Assembly (NCBI GenBank): GCA_947259495.1 | Contig: CAMYLV010000016.1 | Span: 44,505-108,504, forward strand | Source of the DNA: an uncultured Desulfobacterales bacterium | GTDB taxonomy: Bacteria; Desulfobacterota; Desulfobacteria; Desulfobacterales; JAHEIW01 | Direction of reading: 5' to 3' | DNA: 64,000 nucleotides | Part shown: positions 9,367 to 17,888 of the stretch, in pieces | Position numbering within the stretch: the first letter of the stretch is position 1 | How the letters are laid out: every line of letters starts with the position of its first letter | Position numbers and translations under genes: made by a program | Notes under the pieces: model-generated | The model's database searches: none | Told to the model about the DNA's origin: nothing | Seen by the model: only the letters and a program-made list of their open reading frames with translations

Positions 9367-9876
9367 CTACTTCTCGATAACCATTGTGCCAGCCATTTTA
9401 TCGCCTAGTCTTACCCCTTTCTCATCAGAGAAGATCTTAATAATTTCGATGATAACTAGGATAAAAACAGCAATTCCAATCAGAATATCAATGATCCAGC
9501 CAAGAATTGGTATGAATAAGAAGAACATCATCATGGGACCAAGAGCGAACATCCAGTTTCTTTTCGCAGATGCAGCATAATCGATCTTAGATGTTGGGTC
9601 TTCAATATTTACTACAGATAGTTGCAGCAATTTCTTCCCAATACTTTTATACTCAAGAGCTTCGATAGGTAGAGCATCTCGAAAGAGCATATAAAAAGCC
9701 CCAATAATTCCACCAACAAAAGGTATAAACCCTACAATTATAGAAGCCACAGCATCGATGACAAATGCTATTATCCGCTTAACTGGGTCAGCTTTTGTTA
9801 GTGTGGCATTATTGATCTTTGCTTCATTGGTTTCAGGTTTCTCCTCTTTTGCCTGGACTTCTTTTTCCTCGTTCAT
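9367..9876 (-). CDS. RDD-family membrane protein
   Basis: KRIIAFVIDAV...LFRD...LGDKMAGTMV with 3 hydrophobic segments. The ATG at 9876 follows GGGAGGA. Confidence 0.65.
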   Translation of the reverse strand: MNEEKEVQAKEEKPETNEAKINNATLTKADPVKRIIAFVIDAVASIIVGFIPFVGGIIGAFYMLFRDALPIEALEYKSIGKKLLQLSVVNIEDPTSKIDYAASAKRNWMFALGPMMMFFLFIPILGWIIDILIGIAVFILVIIEIIKIFSDEKGVRLGDKMAGTMVIEK

Positions 9877-10029
9877 AAGACATCCTCCCTGCTGAATACT
9901 TTTTTGTGGACGATTTAAAGGCAATCTCAAAAATGCATCTAACGCCCAATGGCCCACGGATTGTTCCCCAGAATTGAAATGCTCATTTCTCGTGGCAAGA
10001 TGTGGCTCAATTGTCTTTGACCCAATTTC

Positions 10030-11565
10030 CTAGCTTTTTTTATTTAAGCGTTTTATTTCATTCTGCCAGTACTTCATAATATTAGACCCCATAGAGCCAG
10101 CAGCAGTATTAATTTCTGATTTGATATTCTCCTCCATGTTGAGAGGGGTAAATTTAACAGTACCTGTTGCCGGCGAAGCGACAGTTTGTCCTGAGGCCAT
10201 GTCAAATGCCCTGACGGAATAGGCCACCGTTGTGAGCTCCTGGATCCGCCCATAGTATTTTAGCTTCATAGCTCCAGCACGACGTATTTTCGCCAAGAGC
10301 AATATATTCGCCTTATGTTTCGGAACAAATTGTTTGATAGTATACCAAGTCATTGGCAAATCGCCATATTGCGCTTTTTCCATAAGTACGGGTATTTCAG
10401 CAATAGAAATTACTCTCAAACCGCTATCAATCAAACATGTTTCAAGGTGGGCATGAAAAATCGGAATCACGTTTTCATCCCCCGAGACCACCACCAGTGC
10501 GGTAGGAACTTTTGGTAATACCGGGACTACCTGTTTTTTCGTTTGATCGGTATGCGCTTTCAATTGCTCAAGCTCCCCACGTTCATGCTCAATTCTGTCC
10601 GCCTCAGCAAATAAGTGTTTTTTCTCCGCTTCCGGTTCAGGCTCTGCTGTAATGTATTGACTGAATTGGACCGGACGCTTTAATACAAATACAAAATCCC
10701 CCTTGTCCAACTTTGGGTTGTTAATTTTTCCAAATTGGGGATGCTGGGCTTTGTGGGAATAATTGATTACTTTTTCCTGAAGGTATGAACCAAGTTCCTC
10801 TCCGGTGACATAGCCGTCCCGATTGAAATCGGCATAGCCATCCTTGATACCCTGGATAAAACAGATCTTAAACACCGATCGATCGGGCACTTGCTCGTTC
10901 TCTCTGCCTGCGGTAATAAACTCCCTGACCGGTGCGGCGATTTTTTCCTCGATATATTCTGTAGGCGCAGCCCGCACCATGGTAAAGATTGCACCAGAAA
11001 AACATGAATCAAAAACCATCAACACATGCTTGGCCCGGATACGTTTGGCTACGGTTTCAATTTGACGCATATCGATGGCGCGCCGCATAAAGTTTGTTTC
11101 ATCTTGAGTCGGGCGAGGGGCGTCCACCGGAACGATGTAGCCTAATTTTGTACCGTCGGCTTCTTCGAGTGTATGACCATGACCCGAGAACCAAAAAAGA
11201 ACACCCTTGTCTTTTACCTTGCCGGGGCCCGTTATCAGCTTATTCAATGCGTTATCCAAACGGTCCCAATCAGGGTCTTCAAGCAAGTCAACCTGCCAAC
11301 CCATCTCTTTGAGTGTGATGGCAATCTCGCGGGCATCATTTACTGGATTGGGTAGTCTGGGCCAACCGGCTCTGTAATCTGAGCAACCCACTATCAGTGC
11401 ATAATAACCAGAGTAAAGTGATATCTGCTGGGGAGAACCTGAATGGGTCTTGGCCTTAACGAAGATGCCTCTGGAAGTAGCATATATAGGAAGTGTAACG
11501 AACACAAAACTGATGACAATTAAAAATAGACAAGCACCCAGAACTCTTGTTTGACTGAAGATCAT
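10030..11565 (-). CDS. Caspase-like (peptidase C14) protein with N-terminal signal/anchor and uncharacterised C-terminal domain
   Basis: A catalytic His/Cys dyad context is present (FWFSGHGH and MVFDSCFSG). The N-terminus is hydrophobic. Confidence 0.8.
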   Translation of the reverse strand: MIFSQTRVLGACLFLIVISFVFVTLPIYATSRGIFVKAKTHSGSPQQISLYSGYYALIVGCSDYRAGWPRLPNPVNDAREIAITLKEMGWQVDLLEDPDWDRLDNALNKLITGPGKVKDKGVLFWFSGHGHTLEEADGTKLGYIVPVDAPRPTQDETNFMRRAIDMRQIETVAKRIRAKHVLMVFDSCFSGAIFTMVRAAPTEYIEEKIAAPVREFITAGRENEQVPDRSVFKICFIQGIKDGYADFNRDGYVTGEELGSYLQEKVINYSHKAQHPQFGKINNPKLDKGDFVFVLKRPVQFSQYITAEPEPEAEKKHLFAEADRIEHERGELEQLKAHTDQTKKQVVPVLPKVPTALVVVSGDENVIPIFHAHLETCLIDSGLRVISIAEIPVLMEKAQYGDLPMTWYTIKQFVPKHKANILLLAKIRRAGAMKLKYYGRIQELTTVAYSVRAFDMASGQTVASPATGTVKFTPLNMEENIKSEINTAAGSMGSNIMKYWQNEIKRLNKKS

Positions 11566-11864
11566 TTGTCCCCCTCTTTTATGTTATTATAGAAGAGTTT
11601 TGCCGAACTAAAAAATCTTAAAAGGACAAATTTGTCTTGATAACAATCTTATAGTCTATTAAACTGACAAGGTCAATTGAATCGTAAAAATAAACCTCAA
11701 AAGCTCGATTACCACACCTTGTGGCACAACTCGATATCATACTCGAATGTTGGCAAGCTATCTGCAACTACAACAAGTCCCTAATACCTGAATCTGAGCC
11801 GCTTATTTATTTGTCGATCAACTTCAATCGAGCTGACTATCATTTAAAATGAAAGGGGGAGATT

Positions 11865-12881
11865 ATGAAAAGGCGTAAATGTTGGGCTGCAATTGGATGT
11901 ATCGTAATGTTTTTTGTAGCGGGCCTGCTTTTTCATGGATGCAAAACGATTCAGCCTAAGCCCGAAGCGAAAGTCACTGAAGCGGGGGGACCTTCTATTG
12001 AAGAAGCCCAGAGTGCAGCCTACGGCGGCCCTATGGCAAGAATTGCCGTATCGCGATTCACTGACAAGACCGGAAAAGGTTGGTGGAGCCGTGATGTCGG
12101 CGATGGTATGGCTGACATGTTGGCCACGGCGCTTTTCCACACCAACCGCTACATTGTGCTGGAGCGGCAGCAACTGCGAGATGTTCTCCGGGAGCAGGAT
12201 CTGGGGGCATCCGGAAGAGTCAAACAGCAAACGGCCGCACCTATCGGCGAAATTGAGGGAGCAGAGCTTTTGATCACTGGCGCTGTGACCGAGTTTGAAG
12301 GTGCCGCTTCCGGTACCAAGGGCGGTTTAGGCGGCTGGGGAAGCGGAGTGGTTGGAGCTGTTTTAGGGGCTTATAAAAAATCGCACATGGCGATTGACGT
12401 GCGTGTCATCGATACAAAGACCTCCCGAATTGTAGCTGTTACCTCTGTAGAAGGATCTGCAACGGACATCGGTGGCTTGGGGGCTTTAGGAGGCGCTGTC
12501 GGTGGTGGAGCCTTAGGGGGTGCTTTGGGTGGTTGGTCAAAGACCCCAACCGAGAAAGCGTTGCGAATCTGTATAAAAAATTCGGTTGATTTTATTGTCA
12601 GTAAAACACCTGCCCAATACTACCATTTTGGCTCTGGTGGAACGGCAGTTCAACCTACATCAGCAACGCCGGCATCGACTGCTCCTCAGTCACAGGAGCC
12701 GTCTGTTCAGGTGACAGGTTCTTCGGTAAACATTCGTTCCGGACCGGGAACAAGTCACGATATAATCGGCAGTGTGAGGCGCGGAGATCGCCTGGTTCTC
12801 CTGGGCGAAAGCGGAAATTGGTTTCAGGTGCGCCTGCCCAATGGAAAAGTAGGATATATTATCAATAAGCTTTGTAAATAA
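11865..12881 (+). CDS. CsgG-like lipoprotein with C-terminal bacterial SH3 domain
   Basis: Lipobox LLFHGC. CsgG-like IAVSRFTDKTG...LERQQLRDVLREQDL...LLITGAVTEFE. Gly-rich loop. SH3b-like VNIRSGPGTSHDIIGSV...GNWFQV. Confidence 0.7.
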   Translation: MKRRKCWAAIGCIVMFFVAGLLFHGCKTIQPKPEAKVTEAGGPSIEEAQSAAYGGPMARIAVSRFTDKTGKGWWSRDVGDGMADMLATALFHTNRYIVLERQQLRDVLREQDLGASGRVKQQTAAPIGEIEGAELLITGAVTEFEGAASGTKGGLGGWGSGVVGAVLGAYKKSHMAIDVRVIDTKTSRIVAVTSVEGSATDIGGLGALGGAVGGGALGGALGGWSKTPTEKALRICIKNSVDFIVSKTPAQYYHFGSGGTAVQPTSATPASTAPQSQEPSVQVTGSSVNIRSGPGTSHDIIGSVRRGDRLVLLGESGNWFQVRLPNGKVGYIINKLCK

Positions 12882-12976
12882 GCCCTCGAGCTAGCTTTGT
12901 TGTTTTGCCTATCGCGTTTTTCCATCTTGTGTCAAACAGGGAGCCCGAACAATGCGGCTAAGTTGTGATTTAATTT

Positions 12977-13024
12977 AAATATCACAGATATTTTCAGAAT
13001 TGATATTTACGACATTGTTGGAGT
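12977..13024 (+). repeat. Island repeat family, partial copy C7
   Basis: AAATATCACAGATATTTTCAGAATTGATATTTACGACATTGTTGGAGTT aligns to the right half of C1, including the GTTGGAG box. Confidence 0.45.
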
Positions 13025-13043
13025 TATCTGTAGACCAGCGGTG

Positions 13044-13075
13044 AATAAAAAGGCAGAGCCAATATTGACTCTGCC
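13044..13075 (-). terminator. Rho-independent terminator candidate downstream of 13116..13595
   Basis: On the minus strand: GGCAGAG-N10-CTCTGCC followed by TTTTTATT. Confidence 0.55.
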
Positions 13076-13115
13076 CCAAAAATCTATAATGACCGACCTC
13101 CTATATATTTTTAAT

Positions 13116-13595
13116 TTATTCAGATTTAGGCAATTCAAATGTCCCTTTTATTATAATGCAATTTTGAAAAGTTCCCGGAGCGATAGATTTGCCACGCTGG
13201 AGCATACTCCATGTACCACCGCCTTTAATGTTCTCCCATTTGCCGGTACCCAATAAAAATTTCCATTCACCACCATTACCATTACCATCCCATCTTACAA
13301 CATTTATATCCCCATTAAGATACATGTATTTACAATACCCGCTCTGCTTTATTTCATCACCTGTTCTTTCGAATATACCCGCACCTATTTCGGAGACATT
13401 GTGAAGCATTTCCGAATTCGTATTGCTTCGAAGCATTCCTTTTAGTTCAAGACCTATAATCATCAATTCTTTGCTATTGTGAACCATAGTGGCTGTCCCT
13501 GATCTACAGGCCATTGATTCGAAAGGGTCTGAAGCCTGAACGGCTGGGATGAAAACGAAAATAGCGAGAAGTGTAATTAAAAATGATCGAATCAT
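13116..13595 (-). CDS. Secreted hypothetical protein
   Basis: Signal peptide MIRSFLITLLAIFVFIPAVQA. AAAGGAGG lies upstream of the ATG. Confidence 0.6.
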   Translation of the reverse strand: MIRSFLITLLAIFVFIPAVQASDPFESMACRSGTATMVHNSKELMIIGLELKGMLRSNTNSEMLHNVSEIGAGIFERTGDEIKQSGYCKYMYLNGDINVVRWDGNGNGGEWKFLLGTGKWENIKGGGTWSMLQRGKSIAPGTFQNCIIIKGTFELPKSE

Positions 13596-13698
13596 AGAGC
13601 GCCTCCTTTCATTTGATTATCAAAAATGTTTTTCTTCAAAAGGCTATTCAGAATCCCAACAGGATTGACAACCTCTTGTTGGGAGAAGGGTTGGCAAA

Positions 13699-13779
13699 AT
13701 TTGAGTGGTTTCTCCATTGAATCTTTACCTGATTGTTAGGTTAAAGTTTAAGGGAAACCAGTTTCTATTTCAGCAGGAA
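13699..13779 (-). promoter_or_regulatory. Conserved leader motif, copy U1 (candidate cis-regulatory RNA or operator region)
   Basis: About 88% identical by eye to 17547-17626. It lies 104-184 nt upstream of the 13595 start. Nested stems: GGTTTC/GAAACC and CTTTAACCT/AGGTAAAG. Confidence 0.5.
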
Positions 13780-13963
13780 AAGTATTTAGAAGTTGAGAAT
13801 CGATTCGACGATGAGTAGGAGTAGCCGATAAGAATTTATTAGAACTAACAACACGTGTGAGATTGAGCTTCAGATGAGTTCAATATTAAAGTTCAAATAT
13901 TATGGACACCATGTAATGTCAATAAAATTCAAGTAAATATATTGAGAATACATGGGTTTTGCC

Positions 13964-14031
13964 GAAATTTCAGATACCATTTGAGTATCACAGGTTTTTT
14001 TGGATTTCAAATGTTTGAATACGTTGGAGAT
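13964..14031 (+). repeat. Island repeat family, copy C3
   Basis: CAGATACCATTTGAGTATCACAGG...CGTTGGAGAT has the same box order as C1/C2. It lies directly 3' of the S41 gene. Confidence 0.55.
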
Positions 14032-14041
14032 ATTCCAAATT

Positions 14042-15037
14042 TTAATCTGAATCATTCCGATTTATAATATCCTCTTGAATCAAGTTCTTGATTCTTTCCA
14101 TTTCAACATCTTTACCAAGTCGATAATCATCTATTGTTCGAGATACCAGAATATCCGGTATTACTCCTCGATCTGGATTTTCACCTGGCAGTGTGTAAAT
14201 AGCTAAAGGAATAGAACCTTTTAATCTACTGTTTGAGAGCTTTGCCGTTACTGGGTCGCTATTAAAGCTTATTCTACCGGCAGTTTCTCTCCCAATTACT
14301 AACCCAAATTCATTGGCCTTGAAAACTGCTGCGAAAACCACCCCAGCAGAAAATGTTTTTTCAGAAATTAGAAGAAATACTTTCCCTTTAAATTTATTCG
14401 ACGCCTCATAAGGCACTCTCATTCTATGATTAACAGCTTCTATGTAGTCACCATTCTTTGCATTAGCTAAATGATTGCCAGCTTTTCCAGCATAGATACT
14501 GTTACGCATTATTTCACTAACTTTAAACTCGAATAGTTTTGCAATTTGGTATTCTGAAGGTGTTAAATTATCAAGAAGATAGAATCCCCAATAACCACTC
14601 CCGCCGCGATTTTCCCTAATGTCAATAACCAAATAAGAAGACTCAGCATATTTATTGAAAAATGAGTCTATAAATTGTTTATAGCTCTCAGCTTTTCCAT
14701 AACTGAAACCTGGCATTTTTAGGACTGGAATTTCTTCATCTTGGATAAAAAACGAATATTTACTGTATTTGTTGTCATGCTGAGTTACAGTTTTGTTAAA
14801 CTCTTTTAAAGTAACAGATTTGAGTTCTGTGATCCTAACTTTTGAGTCGAGTTTATATTTAACCTTCCAAGGCGGTGTGACTTTCAAATACTTAAGAAGC
14901 AGTATATGAAAATAGTCCTCAAAAAAAGACCATTTAACATGATCTAAAGAGGTATGAAATAATTGAGAGCACTCTTTAAACAGTGAAGTGAACCCATCCG
15001 ATTGCACAAAAATTAGTTGAGTGTTAAGAGGGGTCAC
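14042..15037 (-). CDS. S41-family (tail-specific-like) serine peptidase
   Basis: LVIDIRENRGGSG and ISEKTFSAGVVFA (Ser nucleophile context), plus GRETAG. The start is uncertain (GTG) and no signal peptide is evident. Confidence 0.75.
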   Translation of the reverse strand: MTPLNTQLIFVQSDGFTSLFKECSQLFHTSLDHVKWSFFEDYFHILLLKYLKVTPPWKVKYKLDSKVRITELKSVTLKEFNKTVTQHDNKYSKYSFFIQDEEIPVLKMPGFSYGKAESYKQFIDSFFNKYAESSYLVIDIRENRGGSGYWGFYLLDNLTPSEYQIAKLFEFKVSEIMRNSIYAGKAGNHLANAKNGDYIEAVNHRMRVPYEASNKFKGKVFLLISEKTFSAGVVFAAVFKANEFGLVIGRETAGRISFNSDPVTAKLSNSRLKGSIPLAIYTLPGENPDRGVIPDILVSRTIDDYRLGKDVEMERIKNLIQEDIINRNDSD

Positions 15038-15132
15038 ACTTTTTTAAAAAAAATCGAACAGATGCTGTGAATGACGCTTGAGGTTGAGAATTGCAAATTA
15101 TTTGACTGAAATCCAAATACGACAAAGGTACC

Positions 15133-15208
15133 GATACATTGAGAATACATGCATTTTGGCATTTTTACAGATACGAAATGGATGTCTGGATTTGTAAGCT
15201 CACTGGTA
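15133..15208 (+). repeat. Island repeat family, degenerate copy C6
   Basis: GATACATTGAGAATACATG...CAGATACGAAATGGATGTCTGG shares its left boxes with 13940-13990 and 9078-9145. Confidence 0.35.
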
Positions 15209-15569
15209 TCTGAATTGTTTGTAAAATCCAACAGAAAATATCGCATTAAATTTCAGCCATTACATAGGAGAATAGTACGATAATCAGTGCGCTTTTTCAA
15301 AATTTATTTTTAATATTAATAATTCTTTATATGAGCATCTCGGCCTGCGACAATTTTAAAAATGGGTGTCAATTCGCTTCTCCTGTCAGAATTTTTTTGG
15401 AGCTGTTGTGGATATTTCAATGGCAAGGAGTTTGAGCGTAAGAACAGGAAGGCGGGTCACTTTGATAACAAGATTTTCAATGCTTGCCATAGAAGCCATA
15501 CAATGAGGATTATAATCCAACAGATAATTGTTACGTGGAGTATTTTTAACATTCTGACTACTGAATTTC

Positions 15570-15803
15570 CTAACTGAATATAAGTTTATCTAATTGATGT
15601 TCTGAAATATGGGCAAGACGGCCAATCTCTTGTGCTTGCATAATAAGTTCAAAGGGAGGCTCCTTGCCCTTGTAGCGAAGTTTTGAAATTTTTAAGACTA
15701 AATTCAAATAATCACGTTTGAGTTTCATAAAATTTTTGTCGTCTGTTTCCATTTTGATTTTCTGCAAATTTAGGTGTTTTGGGTGACCCCCAAGCGAGGC
15801 CAC
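15570..15803 (-). CDS. Small helical hypothetical protein (start uncertain, possibly Met at 15752)
   Basis: Supported by the ORF only. No family was recognised. Confidence 0.3.
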   Translation of the reverse strand: MASLGGHPKHLNLQKIKMETDDKNFMKLKRDYLNLVLKISKLRYKGKEPPFELIMQAQEIGRLAHISEHQLDKLIFS

Positions 15804-15955
15804 TCACGGACAAAAGCCATGGGCATGGCGCTTATTGATCATGGTATGTCCATATAAAATATCGGGAATTTTTGGTTAGAACTTGAATTAGATTTGCCAA
15901 CGATCTGATCAACCGGGGCATTTAAAGGTATTGGGTATTGGGGGGATGTTATTGG

Positions 15956-16507
15956 GGGGTCGGGCCGCGCTAACAATTCGACATTATACGACATACATCA
16001 TAAAATCAAGCCGTTTAGGCCTTAGAAGCCCCATTTTAGGGGCAAAATCACCCTTCTAAGAAATAGTTTAATTGACTTCAAAAGTCATATGCGGTGGCTG
16101 CCGGCTTAGTCCAAAGATGAATTGAAGATAGCGCATCATTAATGGATTGAGGAGGAATTGAAAAAATCACAGCTGGTTCGCCAGAGCAAGGGGACGCAAA
16201 GCATTGCTGTTGGAGAAAAATCGTTTGTTGAACAAATCAAAAACCGTCTTGGTATTCGTTCTAAAGGTTGGAAGATTCTCGAAGATGAAGGTGACTACCA
16301 GTTATGTGACCGTCAGACCGGTTATTGCGACAGCGCCCAATTTATTAATTCAAATTCTTTTTATTGGGATTTAGACAATAAACCCGCAGACTTCCCTATT
16401 CCTTAAAGAGCCCATTTTACCCATAGAATGGCATTGCTAAGCCCAAAAATCGGTCCTTTTTTTAACTCTTTTTATTAATTATCAGACACTTACTGCGGCC
16501 CGACCCC
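15956..16507. mobile_element. Decayed small element bounded by perfect 13-bp inverted repeats around a COG1943 transposase remnant
   Basis: GGGGTCGGGCCGC (15956-15968) and GCGGCCCGACCCC (16495-16507). The outer flanks are word repeats (GGTATTGGGTATTGGGG and CATTTTG x4). Confidence 0.45.
16158..16406 (+). pseudogene. C-terminal remnant of an IS200-like/COG1943 (Y1, RAYT-type) transposase
   Basis: QSIAVGEKSFVEQIKNRLGIRSKGWKI...YQL...NSFYWD matches the conserved C-terminal tail of this family as I remember it. The catalytic N-terminal part is absent. Confidence 0.55.
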
Positions 16508-16552
16508 ATTTTGCACCATTTTGCATTTTGCATTTTGCTATAGTTGAAATGA

Positions 16553-16849
16553 TTACCAGAGGCCTACAGCATAAATATTGAACTCTGTTTTGGTTCGAAG
16601 ATGCTTCTTGATATTTTCATAAAGTTCGATACGACGTGGGTCCCCAGTCCAGTGCTGCCAGCGCTCTAAAGATGTCCACCTGCTTATTACCAAACATTCC
16701 TCCGGGCGATCTAAGTGAAAAAATGTTTCGCCTGAAATATAACCTGGTTGTCTGACTGCAAGAGCTCTTAATTCTATGATGTGAGGCAAGAGTATCTTCG
16801 CATTGACCCCGTTCTTTGTTACATGCTTTATTAAAACTCCAATCGCCAT
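16553..16849 (-). CDS. Antibiotic-biosynthesis-monooxygenase (ABM) fold protein
   Basis: The protein is 98 aa. PGYISGETF...VISRWTSLERWQHW is typical of the ABM domain. GGAGG lies before the ATG. Confidence 0.65.
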   Translation of the reverse strand: MAIGVLIKHVTKNGVNAKILLPHIIELRALAVRQPGYISGETFFHLDRPEECLVISRWTSLERWQHWTGDPRRIELYENIKKHLRTKTEFNIYAVGLW

Positions 16850-16954
16850 GTCCCCCTCCCCTCTTTAGTTTATATTTGATACTAAAGGAAATTTAATTTT
16901 TGAGGTATGGATGAAATTCATTGAGTCAGATGTGAAACTGATACACACAACTTA

Positions 16955-17401
16955 TCACATATTGAAGATAGATGATAAACAGCAGACCCTACAAACATGT
17001 GTCTTCGCGAAGGAAAAGGGCAAACTCTGACTTTTGATGTATTCAACTGCCCCACTCAACTCCTCCAACCACCGACTGAGACTATAACCAATACCATGCA
17101 GGTAAGCACTAATGCCAGCAGACTGGAGAGCTGCATAAGAAGCTTCCTGGATTTGGTCATCGTCTATTCCACTGAGCCGTTACTGCTCAGTATGGAAGGG
17201 CGTTCAGTACTGACAACGGCCAGCAGCTGCAGCTCCAAAAGCGACTAATGCTTTATCACGTGCAGGCAGCTTGCTGTCGCTAAGGAACCATGCAGTAAGT
17301 CGCCACTGGTGTTCGAGCTGCGAATCCGGCAGTCCATCAAGCCAGCCCGGCACTCCGCCTAGTGTCTGAGAAATTTGAGCAAGGATTTCTTGTCTCGTCA
17401 T
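16955..17401 (-). pseudogene. AhpD/carboxymuconolactone-decarboxylase-family gene with in-frame TGA at the CxxC position (candidate Sec) and an in-frame TAA 8 codons later
   Basis: MTRQEILAQ... (ATG 17401 after AAGGAG). ...AAAAGRCQY-TGA(17204-17206)-TPFHTEQ-TAA(17180-17182)-RLSGIDDDQIQEASYAALQSAGISAYLHG. The family pattern C-x-Y-C-x3-H...G.t.eEi.EA continues in frame through both stops. Confidence 0.5.
17171..17191 (-). promoter_or_regulatory. SECIS-like hairpin 12 nt downstream of the in-frame UGA
   Basis: RNA ACUGAGC-AGUAACG-GCUCAGU: 7-bp stem, 7-nt loop with G at loop position 2. The loop G is about 24 nt from the UGA. Confidence 0.35.
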
Positions 17402-17546
17402 TGGATTTTTCTCCTTTTGTGGATAGGGTGCGATTCGCATCAATGGTTTACAATAAATAGCACCAAAACAGGTCAGGTTTGCTGACTTAAACGAGTGGAT
17501 TACACTCCTAACAGAAAAAAATTTTTTTAGGAGCCGGGTAGGCACA

Positions 17547-17626
17547 TTTTGAGAGGTTTCTCCATTGAAGCTTTACCTTATTGGTAGGTTAAAGTTTACA
17601 GGAAACCAGAATCTATTGCAGTGGAA
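17547..17626 (-). promoter_or_regulatory. Conserved leader motif, copy U2
   Basis: Lies 146-225 nt upstream of the AhpD-like ATG. See 13699-13779. Confidence 0.5.
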
Positions 17627-17888
17627 TGTGTCGCTTAGAGTGAGAGGATAAATTCATGATGAAAGCTAATTTCAGGGCAAAATGAAAAAGCGCTGTTTTC
17701 CTGTTGCCACATTGTGGTATTTTTGTCAAGCTAATTTTGGATCATTGTAGGTCAGGTCTTAAATCGAGAGGATTATGAATTATCATTGAACTGGCATTGA
17801 AAATGATGTTGATGAGAAGGGTGAAGAGGAATTTTATTTTCTTTGAATAAGTTCGTTTTTATTTTTCCAGTTATTTTAACTTGAATTG

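Noticed and set aside
16507-16537. CATTTTG x4 and neighbouring word repeats as a CRISPR-like array
   Set aside because: The 7-nt units have no spacers. This is a microsatellite flanking the transposase remnant, not a CRISPR. No repeat-spacer array exists anywhere in the window.
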